Assembly: GCA_050916045.1 (NCBI GenBank)
Contig: CP051526.1
Coordinates: 2,816,001 to 2,880,000 of the forward strand
Origin: Tepidisphaera sp.
GTDB taxonomy: Bacteria > Planctomycetota > Phycisphaerae > Phycisphaerales > UBA1924
Direction of reading: 5' to 3'
DNA length: 64,000 nt
Each line of letters begins with the position of its first letter. The stretch's first letter is position 1. The translations under genes were made by a program, and so were the position numbers. The notes beneath the pieces were generated by a model. That model made no database searches. It saw only the letters and a program-made list of their open reading frames with translations, and was not told the DNA's origin. Shown in pieces: positions 9,582 to 19,075 of this stretch.

Positions 9582-10054
9582 GCCACGCCGACCGCGCCAC
9601 GTACAAGGTTCAGTTCGACAACGGTCGCACCGGCAACCGGCAGGCGCGCGTCGGGTCGGTCCCGGCGTTGCCGCCGCCGGGGCCAGCACGCATCCCCCGC
9701 GTCGCCAGGCTCATGGCGCTGGCGATCCGGTTCGATGGGCTGGTGCGGAGCGGGCAGGTGAAGGACTTCGCCCAGATCGCGAGGCTCGGGTACGTCACGC
9801 GCGGGCGGCTCAGCCAGATCATGGACCTGGCGAATCTGGCCCCGGACATTCAGGAGGAACTGCTGTTCCTCGAGCCGGCCAAAGCGGGCAAGGACGCGGT
9901 CACCGAGCGGCACCTGAGGCCGATCACCCGGCACACCGAATGGGCCTCCCAGCGACGGCTCTGGCGGACGCTCATCAAGCGGGAAGAAGCGGTCCCGCCG
10001 CCACCCCCGTGCGGGGTTGTTGCCACCCGGTCAAGAGTGGCGAAAGTGCTGTAA
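9578..10054 (+). CDS. Conserved hypothetical protein accompanying the recombinase (HTH-like)
   Basis: PRVARLMALAIRF..VTRGRLSQIMDLANLAPDIQEELL; ATGA overlap with the recombinase stop. Confidence 0.75.
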   Translation: MSHADRATYKVQFDNGRTGNRQARVGSVPALPPPGPARIPRVARLMALAIRFDGLVRSGQVKDFAQIARLGYVTRGRLSQIMDLANLAPDIQEELLFLEPAKAGKDAVTERHLRPITRHTEWASQRRLWRTLIKREEAVPPPPPCGVVATRSRVAKVL

Positions 10055-10193
10055 ATCAGGCGTTTTGTGGACCACATGAGGTAAACCTGTCGGACCCTGA
10101 CAAATACCTTTTCTCAGCATGTTGTTTGGTCTACACTCGGGTCAACCGCCCCGGGTGGAATCCGGGGCTTCCTCGTAGGCGGAGACCGGATTT

Positions 10194-11360
10194 ATGAGCA
10201 GTCTTTCGTTTCGTCGGTTTACAAGCGCGTACGCGCTGCGGGAAGTCGACCCCGCCGTCCTGATCGACTTCATGCGGCCGCACGCCGCGTTCCTTGCCGC
10301 GAGCGGCGTCATGCTGCCGACCGACCCGGCGCACCTCGACATCGAGCGCGTCGAGATCGCCTTGCTGACCAACGTCGGCGGGCTCCCGGTCGAGCTGGTC
10401 GACGCCCTGTGGCACCTGCACGAGATGGCCACGCCGCTCGGGATGGAGTCGCTGCTGGCCGCCGCGCAGGCAGCCGGGCTCGAGCTTCCCGTCGACCACC
10501 TCTCGCCGGCGGACATCGCGGCCCGCGTCTGGGTCGAGAACCCCGACCTGGTGCGGCGCTGCCACACCGAGATCTCCGTCTCGCGCCGGCGCTCGTTTGA
10601 GACGTTCGTCCCTGCGCGCGGCGCAACGCTCGCGTGGGCAACGCCGGGGCCGGACCGTCTGGCGGCGCTGGAGGCGGGCGTCGTCGCGTGGTACGCGGCC
10701 CACCGCCGCGGCCCGGGGGCGCGGGTGCTCTTCTTCGACCACGGTGACGAGGTGCGTTTCCTCGTGCGTCACGGCGGCCCGTATCGCCGCGAGGGGAGCC
10801 TTGACGAGGGACGGCCCGGGTGCGTCCGCTACCGGCCGATGGCCCATGGCCTGATTGTCTTCGACCGCCGCACCTGGGAACTGCGCATCAACGCAGGGAC
10901 CAAGGGCGAGTGCGCCGCGTACCGCCAGCTCATCGGCCAGCACATCTTTGGCCGCGCCGACATGTTCCCCGCCGACCCCGACCGCTACGACCTGGAGCCG
11001 CTGCGGGCGCGTGGCCGGAGCAGCCTGATCTGCGCGCACATCACGGGCCTGGCGTCGGTGCGGCTGGTCGAGCTCACGATGTACGTGGGCGGCCCGTTCC
11101 ACCGCCGCAAGGTGGAGACGGCCGACGACGTGCTGCTGGCGCTCGAGCACGCCCGCGAGTCGATCCCCGACGATGCGCTGCTCAGCGCCGCCACGTTCGA
11201 GGTGCGGTTCACCGATGGCCGCAAGCCCAGGCCGGTCACCATCCGGCATGGCAACAAGGCGACGTACACACGCGACACCGACGCCGATCTGATCGAGGCG
11301 TTTCTGCGCGGCGGAGGCTTTGTGAAGGGAGGCGGCCATGCGCTTGTGGCAGTCGCTTGA
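10194..11360 (+). CDS. Hypothetical protein (388 aa)
   Basis: GGAG RBS, GC-rich coding-type codon pattern, overlaps the next gene. Confidence 0.75.
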   Translation: MSSLSFRRFTSAYALREVDPAVLIDFMRPHAAFLAASGVMLPTDPAHLDIERVEIALLTNVGGLPVELVDALWHLHEMATPLGMESLLAAAQAAGLELPVDHLSPADIAARVWVENPDLVRRCHTEISVSRRRSFETFVPARGATLAWATPGPDRLAALEAGVVAWYAAHRRGPGARVLFFDHGDEVRFLVRHGGPYRREGSLDEGRPGCVRYRPMAHGLIVFDRRTWELRINAGTKGECAAYRQLIGQHIFGRADMFPADPDRYDLEPLRARGRSSLICAHITGLASVRLVELTMYVGGPFHRRKVETADDVLLALEHARESIPDDALLSAATFEVRFTDGRKPRPVTIRHGNKATYTRDTDADLIEAFLRGGGFVKGGGHALVAVA

Positions 11361-12363
11361 GCGGGTGCAGGGCTGGGCCGGCGTGCGGTCGGTCTGGCGC
11401 GAGCACATGGGTGACGACCTGCAGTTCCTCCAGCCGCTGCTGCGGCCGATGGAGGAGCTCGCCATGTCGGTGCCGTGGCCGGGCACGATCGAGGGCCGCA
11501 AGGTGGTGGTCCACGACGAGGACGACATCGTCGCGGTCGATCCCGAGACGTGCGAGTCCGCACCGATCCGCCGCGACGACATCGTGCTGTGGCAGCTCGA
11601 CGCGGACACGCTCTTCCGGGGCGTCTCGACGGCGCTGGGCCTGACGGGTACGCCCTCGTCGGTGGGGATGGGCAACAGGCTCTGGTGGCTGGGTGAACTC
11701 ATCGTCGCCGACGCCACCTTCGCTGTGTACCTGGCCACGACGCGGAGCGCCGCCGATCTGCTCCGCAGCACAGCGCACATCGCGGCATGGTCGCAGCGAC
11801 CGTTCGTGCTGGTCACGCCGACCCGTAGCGGCAGCAGCGACGAACTGGACCGGCTCCTCGCCGGGCGTGAGGCCGCGCGGCTCACGCTCGACGGCTCGCT
11901 GGAGTGGCTCGGGGAGGGCGCGTTTCGCGCTACGCGATCCTTGCCCGATTGCCTGGAGTCGTTCCTGGCTCGTCACGCACGGCCGAAAACGACCGCAAAG
12001 CAGCCCAAGAAGTTCCCAACGCCCCGAGGTTCAACGTGGTCCGATGTGTCCATTCGCTTCCTCGGCGCGGAGAGTGCTCACGTCACTGTGCGTGGGGATG
12101 TTCGGGAGCTTGATCCCGCGGGCATGAACCTGCTCGATGGGCGGACCAAGAAGCCCAATCTCCAGTGGCAGCTGCTCCATGCGTTCGGCTTGGCCAACGG
12201 TCACATCAGCTGGAAGAAGGGCAACGCGTCCAAGGAGTATCAGAAGCGCAAGGAGACGCTCGCCAAGTCGCTGACTGCGTTCTTTGGGATCGAGGGCGAG
12301 CCGATCGTCCTCGACGGGAAGGACTGGAAGTGCTGCTTCCGAGTGGACGCGAGCGACGGTTGA
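11338..12363 (+). CDS. Hypothetical protein with a probable C-terminal winged-helix domain
   Basis: GGAGG RBS. C-terminal QWQLLHAF...YQKRKETLAKSLTAFFG..PI...WKC resembles a winged HTH. Confidence 0.7.
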   Translation: MRLWQSLERVQGWAGVRSVWREHMGDDLQFLQPLLRPMEELAMSVPWPGTIEGRKVVVHDEDDIVAVDPETCESAPIRRDDIVLWQLDADTLFRGVSTALGLTGTPSSVGMGNRLWWLGELIVADATFAVYLATTRSAADLLRSTAHIAAWSQRPFVLVTPTRSGSSDELDRLLAGREAARLTLDGSLEWLGEGAFRATRSLPDCLESFLARHARPKTTAKQPKKFPTPRGSTWSDVSIRFLGAESAHVTVRGDVRELDPAGMNLLDGRTKKPNLQWQLLHAFGLANGHISWKKGNASKEYQKRKETLAKSLTAFFGIEGEPIVLDGKDWKCCFRVDASDG

Positions 12364-12684
12364 TTACCGTGCGGCCATCTCGGCCAGGTGCTCAATCTCA
12401 AGCTCGCGTCCGTCGGCGAACTTCGCGGTCAGGTGGAGTTCGCCCCCGAGCGCCTCGACGTACTTGCGGAGCGTCGTGAGGTACATGTCGGCGGCGTTCT
12501 CAAACTTGGACACGCTTCCCTGGGCGACATCCAGTTTGCTGGCCAGATCGGCCTGCGTCATGCCGATCGCCTTGCGGATCTCCGCCAGCGGCATCGTCTG
12601 GAGCGTCGCCTTGACGCGCGCGTCAACGCGCGCCTGTGCCTGCGGGCTCATCTTTCGCTTCAGGTTGTTCCACTTGTTGGCCAT
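12364..12684 (-). CDS. higA: XRE-family HTH antitoxin (HigA-like)
   Basis: LAEIRKAIGMTQADLASKLDVAQGSVSKFE..DMYLTTLRKYVEALGGEL. Confidence 0.85.
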   Translation of the reverse strand: MANKWNNLKRKMSPQAQARVDARVKATLQTMPLAEIRKAIGMTQADLASKLDVAQGSVSKFENAADMYLTTLRKYVEALGGELHLTAKFADGRELEIEHLAEMAAR

Positions 12685-12699
12685 TGCTGTGCTCCGAGT

Positions 12700-13059
12700 T
12701 CAGATCAGTCCTTCACGCTTCAGCTCTGCGAGGTGCTCGTCGTAGAGGTCGTCGGCTTGGGGGATGAGCTTGTCGTAGAACCGCTTGTTCCCTGTCTTGT
12801 TGCCCCCGATGAGCAGGATCGCGCACCGGCGTGGGTCAAAGGCAAACAAAGTGCGATACGGCTCACCATCGTGCTGCGTCCGAAGTTCCTTCATGTTGGC
12901 GTGTCGCGAGCCTTTCAGCGTGTCCACTTGCGGCCGCCCAAGCCCGGGCCCGACCGCCTCCAGAATCCCGATGTCGTGGGCGATCGATTCCTGAACATCC
13001 TCGGGGAGGGTTTGCCACCACGCCCCGAACTCGTCCGTGTACTCGACTTCCCACATCAC
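12700..13059 (-). CDS. higB: RelE/ParE superfamily toxin (HigB/Gp49-like)
   Basis: GPGLGRPQVDTLKGSRHANMKELR..YRTLFAFDPRRCAILLIGGNK; toxin-first gene order. Confidence 0.9.
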   Translation of the reverse strand: MMWEVEYTDEFGAWWQTLPEDVQESIAHDIGILEAVGPGLGRPQVDTLKGSRHANMKELRTQHDGEPYRTLFAFDPRRCAILLIGGNKTGNKRFYDKLIPQADDLYDEHLAELKREGLI

Positions 13060-13087
13060 AGTATTCCATATCGGCTATATTCGTCAA
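13060..13087 (-). promoter_or_regulatory. Putative sigma70 promoter/operator of the higBA-like pair (probably leaderless)
   Basis: Minus strand TTGACG-N16-AATACT directly before the start codon, with ATATAGCCGATAT imperfect palindrome in the spacer. Confidence 0.4.
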
Positions 13088-13450
13088 GGCGCATGTTCGG
13101 GTTCGGACCAAATCGCGTTTTCCGCAGCCGTTTTTGCGGGCTGAACACCCGATTATCGGCCTTGCGCGCCGCGTCCGCCACGCCCGGGGCAGCCATCCTG
13201 ACGCCCCATCGAGTTTTCGATGACGAGCCGCGCGGATTCGCTGAGAATTTCTGACGCGCCGCCCTGCCCGGATTCCCTGGCCAATGAGCCCCTTCCGCAC
13301 GGTCGGCAAGCCCAGTCACGGGCATGCAAATCGAGTTTTCGCCAGTCGAGGACGACAGGCCCGCATCCAACGCCAATCCCGCCCCGGTGAGCTCTTCGCC
13401 GGACCTGTCGCTCCCCGGGGCCTTCTGGCCATGCCAGGAAGGTCCGGCCC

Positions 13451-13972
13451 ATGTCGACTCGCGCCATCGATCCATCCACCCTCAAGTTCGCCAAGTCCCT
13501 CGTTCGCATCAAGGCCAAGCAACTCCTCCGCATCATCCGGGACGCCGCGACCAGTAGCCAGCAGGACCTGGAGCAGGACCTCCTCCTGGAAGTGGTCGTC
13601 CGCTGGCCCGGCTTTGATCCCAATCGCGGCAACGCTGAGGCGTTTGTCGAGAGCGTCGTCCGCGCCAAGCTTTGCAAGATGCTCCGCGACGCAAAGCGGG
13701 CCAAGCGGGTTCCGGGCCCGACCGTCAGCGCCGACGGCGGCGACGCGATCGATCCCGCCGACGATCTCCGCGTCCTGTGCATCCGCATGGACGTCGAGAC
13801 GGTCGTTGGCAAGCTCGACGCCGTGAAGCGCAGCGTGTGCGATCAGCTGCTGCGCGAGTCAGTGAGCGAGGCGGCGCGCCAGCTCCGCACGCCGCGCTCC
13901 ACGCTGGAGTACGCGGTGAACAGCGTGCGCGATCGCTTCGAGAAATCAGATGTTGATCAGTATTTCTCGTGA
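13451..13972 (+). CDS. Element-encoded sigma-70/ECF-like factor
   Basis: Region 2-like QDLEQDLLLEV...FDPNRGNAEAFVESVVR; region 4 HTH SVSEAARQLRTPRSTL. Confidence 0.75.
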   Translation: MSTRAIDPSTLKFAKSLVRIKAKQLLRIIRDAATSSQQDLEQDLLLEVVVRWPGFDPNRGNAEAFVESVVRAKLCKMLRDAKRAKRVPGPTVSADGGDAIDPADDLRVLCIRMDVETVVGKLDAVKRSVCDQLLRESVSEAARQLRTPRSTLEYAVNSVRDRFEKSDVDQYFS

Positions 13973-14005
13973 ACACGTCACGCGACGGGTTAGGTGCTCT
14001 ATGGC
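13967..14005 (+). promoter_or_regulatory. Bipartite motif copy 2: TCGTGAAC-N8-CGACGGGTTAGGTGCTCTATGGC
   Basis: Same blocks and spacing as 7153-7191. Overlaps the sigma gene stop and precedes the AAA operon. Confidence 0.6.
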
Positions 14006-14039
14006 AGCACCGCAATCCTTGCCGCCCTCGGAGATCACC

Positions 14040-14372
14040 ATGAACACCACGCCCCGCACTGTCTACCGATTCGAGTTCGTGCACCGCGTCGACATCGACG
14101 AAGTCGAGCAGACCCTCGCTCTATCCATCCTGGCCGTCGGGTGCCTGCAGGGCGAGGCCGCCGTTCGCCTGGACGCGGGCTACGCCATCGACCGAGACCG
14201 CCGTGTGATCGTCGTCGACGGCGACACGGAGACCGGGCGGGCGGTGACCCGCGTCTTCACCGGCTTCTGCATCCACGAGTACGGCGACGACGCCTTCAGC
14301 GTGCGCAGACCCGGCGACAAGAGCCCACGCGGCGGTGCTGCCGCCGAAGTCCCTGTGAGCGCGGTGGCGTGA
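14040..14372 (+). CDS. Hypothetical protein of the element
   Basis: GGAG RBS before ATG 14040; VYRFEF..EVEQTLALSILAVGCLQGEAAVRLDA..FTGFCIHEYGDDAFSVRR. Confidence 0.7.
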   Translation: MNTTPRTVYRFEFVHRVDIDEVEQTLALSILAVGCLQGEAAVRLDAGYAIDRDRRVIVVDGDTETGRAVTRVFTGFCIHEYGDDAFSVRRPGDKSPRGGAAAEVPVSAVA

Positions 14373-16876
14373 GCCGCCGCACAAGCACCATCTCCTCCGA
14401 CCTGCCGCTCGTGCGGCTTGGCCAGGGCGCGTTCACCCGCGACATCTGGCCCGAAGACCTCGACCCCTCAATCCCCAAGCACGGAGTTCGCATGCCCGCA
14501 ACCGCAACCCCCCACACCCTCATGAACCAGATCAGCAAGGGCCGCAAGGCCCAGCCCCGCCGCGTCATGCTCTACGGCACGCACGGCATCGGCAAGAGCA
14601 CGTTTGGTGCGATGGCCGAGAAGCCCATCTTCGTCCCCACCGAGGACGGCCTGGCCGACATCGACTGCGAGTCATTCCCGCTCGCCAAGAGCCTCGGCGA
14701 CGTGATGGCGGCGCTGGAGTCGCTGTACGCCAGCGACCACAAGTACAAGAGCGTCGTCATCGACAGCCTCGACTGGCTCGAGCGCCTGATCTGGGCCGAG
14801 GTGTGCGCCGACGAGAGCGTCGAGAACATCGAGAAGATCGGGTACGCCAAGGGGTACACGTTCGCCGTCGACAAGTGGCGGATGGTGCTCGGGGCGCTCG
14901 ACGCCCTCCGCAGCGATCGCGGCATGACGATCGTGCTGATCGCGCACGCCAAGATCGAGAAGTTCGAGAACCCCGAGACCGTGCCGTACGACCGCTACTC
15001 GCCGCGCCTGCACAAGCTGGCCAGCGCGCTGGTGCAGGAATGGGCCGACGAGGTGCTCTTCGCCACGTACAAGGTCCACACCGTCAAGGTGGCCGAGGGG
15101 TTCAACCAGGCCAAGCACAACGGCGTCGGCACGGGCGAGCGGATCATCCGCACTGTGGAGCGCCCGGCGCACGTCGCCAAGAACCGCCTGGGCATGCCCG
15201 AAGAACTGCCCTTGGACTTCCGCATCTACGGCGCGTTCGCCCGCGGCGAGAACCCCTTCGCGGAGGCAGTTACCGCTGCGCCGGCACCGTCGCTTTGCGG
15301 GAACTCGATGGAAACAGTTCGGCGATATCCTCTTCAACAACGGCGACCGCACCTGACCATCACCCCCGACGCATACCCCAACATGGGGCATAAAGGGCTC
15401 TTCGTCGAGCGCCTCGACATCGGCGTGGTGGTCGAGTCGGGCAACCAGTGGGTGAACGCGCCGCGTCTAATCCCCTTCGCCCACAACATCTACCACAACC
15501 GCAACCGCACCTACAACCCGCAGATCGGCCGATTCATGCAGATGGACCCCAACGCGACGGCGATCACGCTCATCGACGCCGCGGCGTACGCGGGTCGCAC
15601 GCTCCCGGCTTTGGTGGCGGCGTTCGATGTGCAGACCCGCTACGGAGACGGGCTCAACCTTTACGAATACCTCGGGAGCAACCCGTGGAACCGTTCAGAC
15701 CCGCTGGGCTTGTCCTGGGATCCCTTCAGCGGCGTGGATGAATACTTGGCGGAGAGCGCCGGCCAGAAAGCCGCGTTCCTCGAACGCGTGATCGGCGGAG
15801 CCAAGGTCGCGGCCTACGTGGGCGCGGTCTTCCTCAGCACGTTACCGTTCCCGATCTCCGCGATGGCGGCGGACGTGGGAGCCGAACTCCTGGAGGGGAA
15901 CATGCCGCCCGAACTGGTCGCCGCCCGCAAGGTGATCGGCTACGTGAGCATGGCGGCGGCGGGCGTCTTCGTGGCTAAACTGGCGTACTCCGCCGCGAAA
16001 GCCGCGATCCACTACGTCAAGAAGTACGGGATGAAAGCCATCGGATTCATGCTCGAGAACTCTCCCATCGGCCTCGCCAAAAAGGCGTGGGGCTGGGTGA
16101 CCGGCGGGCGGAAGGGGAAGGCTACCGGTGGGGCGTGTTCGCTCTGCTTCACGGCGGCCACCGTGGTGTGGACGGCGTCCGGGCAGGTGCCGATCGTGGA
16201 TCTTGAGGTCGGAGTAGAGGTCCTCACGCTCGACGAGGCGACCGGGGGACTTTCGTTCCAGCCGGTCACTGCGAAGGTCGAGATCCCCGGCTCGGCGATT
16301 ACCGAACTGACGGTGCGGTACGGCGACCGTACCGAGGTGATCGAGACGACCGACGAGCACCCTTTCTGGACCGAACAGCACGGCTGGCGTCGCGTGGACG
16401 CATTGACGGCGGGTGACACGCTGCACACCCTGACCGGCCCGGCGGTCGTGGAACGCACCGCGTACACATCCCGTCAGACCACCGTCTACAACTTCTCCGT
16501 CGCGGGTAACCCCAACTACTTCGTGTCGGCGGACGGGGTTTGGGTGCATAATTGCTGGGCAGGAGATCATCACCTGCTCGCGCAGTACATGCGAGGAGCC
16601 AAGCTTCCAAAGACATCGACGGGCACTGTGAATCTCTCGCATCGCGAGCATGTGCTCATGCATCAATGGATTGGAGAAGCGCTTTCTGCTCGCGGCGGCC
16701 CCAGCGCGCGGAACGCGAACAGGTTCGCTGCTTGGTTAAGTCAACATCCCGATAACCCTCAGCTGGCTACAGAAGCTCTCATTGAAGCATACACACGATT
16801 TGATGTCATGAGAGGGAATGGTTCCAATCTTTCCGCGTCGTTCCTTAACGAGTTTATGGCGCAAGCACCATGGTAA
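14369..16876 (+). CDS. Fusion of phage AAA_24 (Sak4-like) ATPase, RHS-associated core, pretoxin Hint domain and His-rich nuclease-like toxin (start 14369 GTG or 14492 ATG)
   Basis: LYGTHGIGKST, VVIDSLDWLE, AKNR; then YHNRNRTYNPQIGRFMQMDP..NLYEYLGSNPWNRSDPLGL; Hint CFTAAT..TTDEHPFW..VYNFSV..VWVHN/C (16145-16552); tip DHHLL..NLSHREHVLMH. All in one frame. Confidence 0.85.
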   Translation: MSRRTSTISSDLPLVRLGQGAFTRDIWPEDLDPSIPKHGVRMPATATPHTLMNQISKGRKAQPRRVMLYGTHGIGKSTFGAMAEKPIFVPTEDGLADIDCESFPLAKSLGDVMAALESLYASDHKYKSVVIDSLDWLERLIWAEVCADESVENIEKIGYAKGYTFAVDKWRMVLGALDALRSDRGMTIVLIAHAKIEKFENPETVPYDRYSPRLHKLASALVQEWADEVLFATYKVHTVKVAEGFNQAKHNGVGTGERIIRTVERPAHVAKNRLGMPEELPLDFRIYGAFARGENPFAEAVTAAPAPSLCGNSMETVRRYPLQQRRPHLTITPDAYPNMGHKGLFVERLDIGVVVESGNQWVNAPRLIPFAHNIYHNRNRTYNPQIGRFMQMDPNATAITLIDAAAYAGRTLPALVAAFDVQTRYGDGLNLYEYLGSNPWNRSDPLGLSWDPFSGVDEYLAESAGQKAAFLERVIGGAKVAAYVGAVFLSTLPFPISAMAADVGAELLEGNMPPELVAARKVIGYVSMAAAGVFVAKLAYSAAKAAIHYVKKYGMKAIGFMLENSPIGLAKKAWGWVTGGRKGKATGGACSLCFTAATVVWTASGQVPIVDLEVGVEVLTLDEATGGLSFQPVTAKVEIPGSAITELTVRYGDRTEVIETTDEHPFWTEQHGWRRVDALTAGDTLHTLTGPAVVERTAYTSRQTTVYNFSVAGNPNYFVSADGVWVHNCWAGDHHLLAQYMRGAKLPKTSTGTVNLSHREHVLMHQWIGEALSARGGPSARNANRFAAWLSQHPDNPQLATEALIEAYTRFDVMRGNGSNLSASFLNEFMAQAPW

Positions 16877-17448
16877 ATAACAATGTTTACATGCTGGGAT
16901 CCGTCGACAATCGCGTGATGCGAGCCGAGGACGATTGGCTCAAGGCTGTAGTCGGTCCGGTCTTCTGCTCGACGTGTCGGAGGATCCGGCCCGATACATT
17001 CCCTATGCCCGTCAATGTTCAACTCGATACCGTTCAGGCGGATGTTCCTCAAGGTCCGATTTATCTCGTCGGCTTGAAGTCGTCAATCACCATCATCCGT
17101 ATCGACCTGCTAAGCAGATTGATCAAGTTTGGACCGCCCCTGTCCGTGGGTGACGTGAAGCTCAATGATGTCGTATCATCTCAGTATCGTTCGATTTACT
17201 CAGGGCAAGCGCACTGGCTTGATTCCTTAGCGGATTCGACGGAGCTTCCCGCACCATGCAGAAATTGCGGACTGCCATACCCGAGCGGCAGGAGGTGGCC
17301 GCCGACTTTCTCTCGAGAAGCAGTGCACGATGCGAGTTGGTTTTTTCCACGTACCGGATTCGGCATCTATGTGACCGAGCGTTTTGCCATCGAAGTCGGG
17401 CTCAGTGATGTACAAGGAATTCAATTAGATCCCTGTAGGGTAAAGTAG
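16870..17448 (+). CDS. Putative cognate immunity protein with two CxxC motifs
   Basis: Overlaps the toxin stop by 7 nt; visibly lower GC; CSTC and CRNCG motifs. Confidence 0.7.
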   Translation: MVNNNVYMLGSVDNRVMRAEDDWLKAVVGPVFCSTCRRIRPDTFPMPVNVQLDTVQADVPQGPIYLVGLKSSITIIRIDLLSRLIKFGPPLSVGDVKLNDVVSSQYRSIYSGQAHWLDSLADSTELPAPCRNCGLPYPSGRRWPPTFSREAVHDASWFFPRTGFGIYVTERFAIEVGLSDVQGIQLDPCRVK

Positions 17449-17689
17449 TTGTTGGCCTCGTCCTGTCCACGTATTCTGACCGCACGTGAGTGGATGTGCT
17501 TTCGGCCGATTTGTGACGTAGCGATCTTGGTCTTGGTCCATCTTCCACCGTCCTTGGCCATCTGCGCTGCCGCCAGCCGATCTCGGCGCAGCGTGTCACA
17601 CGCCCGAAATGCGCTTGGTATACTCCGTGGATCTTGTTCCGCTCAGGCTACCGCTCTGAAGTAGTGCCGCCCCCGCTCTCACGAGCTCC

Positions 17690-18417
17690 GGGAACTTCTC
17701 GTCCTCCGCCGCCGTCCATTCCTCCGTGGGCTTGGTCGTGCTCGCGGTCGCGTACGCCCGGCGCGTCACGATGTTGATGAAGACCAGCACGAACGCCTCG
17801 ACCACGCCGCGGGAGGTGATTACCGGCTGCCGGAGAAAGTCGCAAGCCCACAGCGTCTCCGCGTGCGCCCGCGCGAACTCATCCCATGTCGTGTCCCGGC
17901 GCTTGGGCGAGGTGGGCACGCCGGCTTCCTTGAGGATGTTCACCACGGTGCCCCGACCGACATTGATCCGGAGCTTCTTGAGCTCGCCCAGGATGCGCGT
18001 GTAGCCCCAGGCGTTCTCCCGCGCCATCCGGACGACCAGCTTCCGCACATCCTCCGGCGTCCGGGGTCGGCCGGGCTTCCTCGGCGACCGCCGCTTCTTC
18101 TTCGGCCGAGACCCGTTCACCCACCGGAGAAGAGTGTCGGGCTTCACGATCGACACCAGCTCGCCGACCGCCCGGCCGACCGGCTTGGCCAACTTGACGA
18201 GCCGCGACCGCTCGACTGGGGTCACCCGGACGGGTCCCTTGATCCTCGACCGGAGCACCTCGTTCTCCGCCTTCAGGTACCGCACCTGCCGCCGGAGCTC
18301 CGTTGCCGTGGAGCCCATGAGCAGGCCCAGCACGCCCAGCCGCCGACCGCGCTTGGCACCGCCGAACCGGCCAACGCCCCTGACCCCGTTCACCAGCCGG
18401 TTGAGAAGCGTGCTCAT
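17690..18417 (-). pseudogene. Truncated transposase (HTH plus start of integrase core)
   Basis: PGRPRT..VVRMARENAWGYTRILGELKKL..LWACDF. The core stops after the first catalytic Asp region and runs into unrelated sequence. Confidence 0.8.
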
Positions 18418-18646
18418 CCCCGGTATCTTGCGGGCTGCGGCCCCTGGCCCCAAGGACGATTTAACCCCTCAACCCCACACCCCCACAGACGGACGGAGTA
18501 TTTGGACACCGCTGGCGGCACACCCCCATGCCCGATTTCCAGCCTCGGACGAGGGTTCCGGTGGGTTTCGCGCGCTCAAAGTCATGTTAACCGGTTATTT
18601 CCGGGCATCGACGCTCGGAAAGGCGCGCGAGCGCGTTCGAAACGGG

Positions 18647-18699
18647 TGTGGATAGGGAGCTTCCTTCCGACCCCGCCTCACGGCGGGGTCGTTTGGTTT
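18647..18699 (+). repeat. 17-bp repeat TGTGGATAGGGAGCTTC followed by a terminator-like hairpin
   Basis: Exact copy at 37268-37284. Stem CGACCCCGCC/GGCGGGGTCG at 18668-18691, then TTTGGTTT. Confidence 0.6.
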
Positions 18700-19006
18700 A
18701 CAGGCGCGGCCCATTTCGCCCTTCGCGGCGAGTTGGCCAGAAAGCCCGCAGAATCCGAGCGGTTTGGCGATTCGGGAACCTTCGCCGCTGCGCTCACGTT
18801 TCGAGAGCATTTCAGAGCCAATCGGTCAGGACACCGGGTGTCTCGACATGGGTGCGTCGAAATCCTCTCGAACTCTCGGAGTCTCGGGTTGACGGGCGGA
18901 GGGGTTAACACAGGGCGTTCCAAGCGGCAGCCGGATGCGAACGCAGATTCGATCGGTTGCTCGCGTTTGACCGGTAACAAGACCCACCGAGGGCACTGAC
19001 AAACGA

Positions 19007-19036
19007 CCACGGCCCGAGCGTGTGCCCGGGCCGTGG
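19007..19036 (-). terminator. Probable intrinsic terminator of the PEP-CTERM gene
   Basis: 10-bp stem CCACGGCCCG/CGGGCCGTGG followed by TCGTTT on the minus strand, about 40 bp after the stop. Confidence 0.5.
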
Positions 19037-19075
19037 AGGGGTGAGCTCAGGTTGTGCGGTCAGGGCTGAGCGAAC

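Noticed and set aside
8040..9689. 549-aa antisense ORF, and similar long ones at 10131-11885, 28684-31068, 37319-38944, 40516-42357 and 59369-60562
   Set aside because: Shadow ORFs of high-GC genes on the opposite strand, with no motifs.
16145..16552. Hint domain as a selfish intein in the ATPase
   Set aside because: It lies between the RHS core and the toxin tip, not within ATPase motifs, and has no homing endonuclease. This is the typical pretoxin Hint position.
17449..17690. Short ORFs between the immunity gene and the transposase remnant
   Set aside because: No motif, RBS or consistent coding signal. Probably junction debris.
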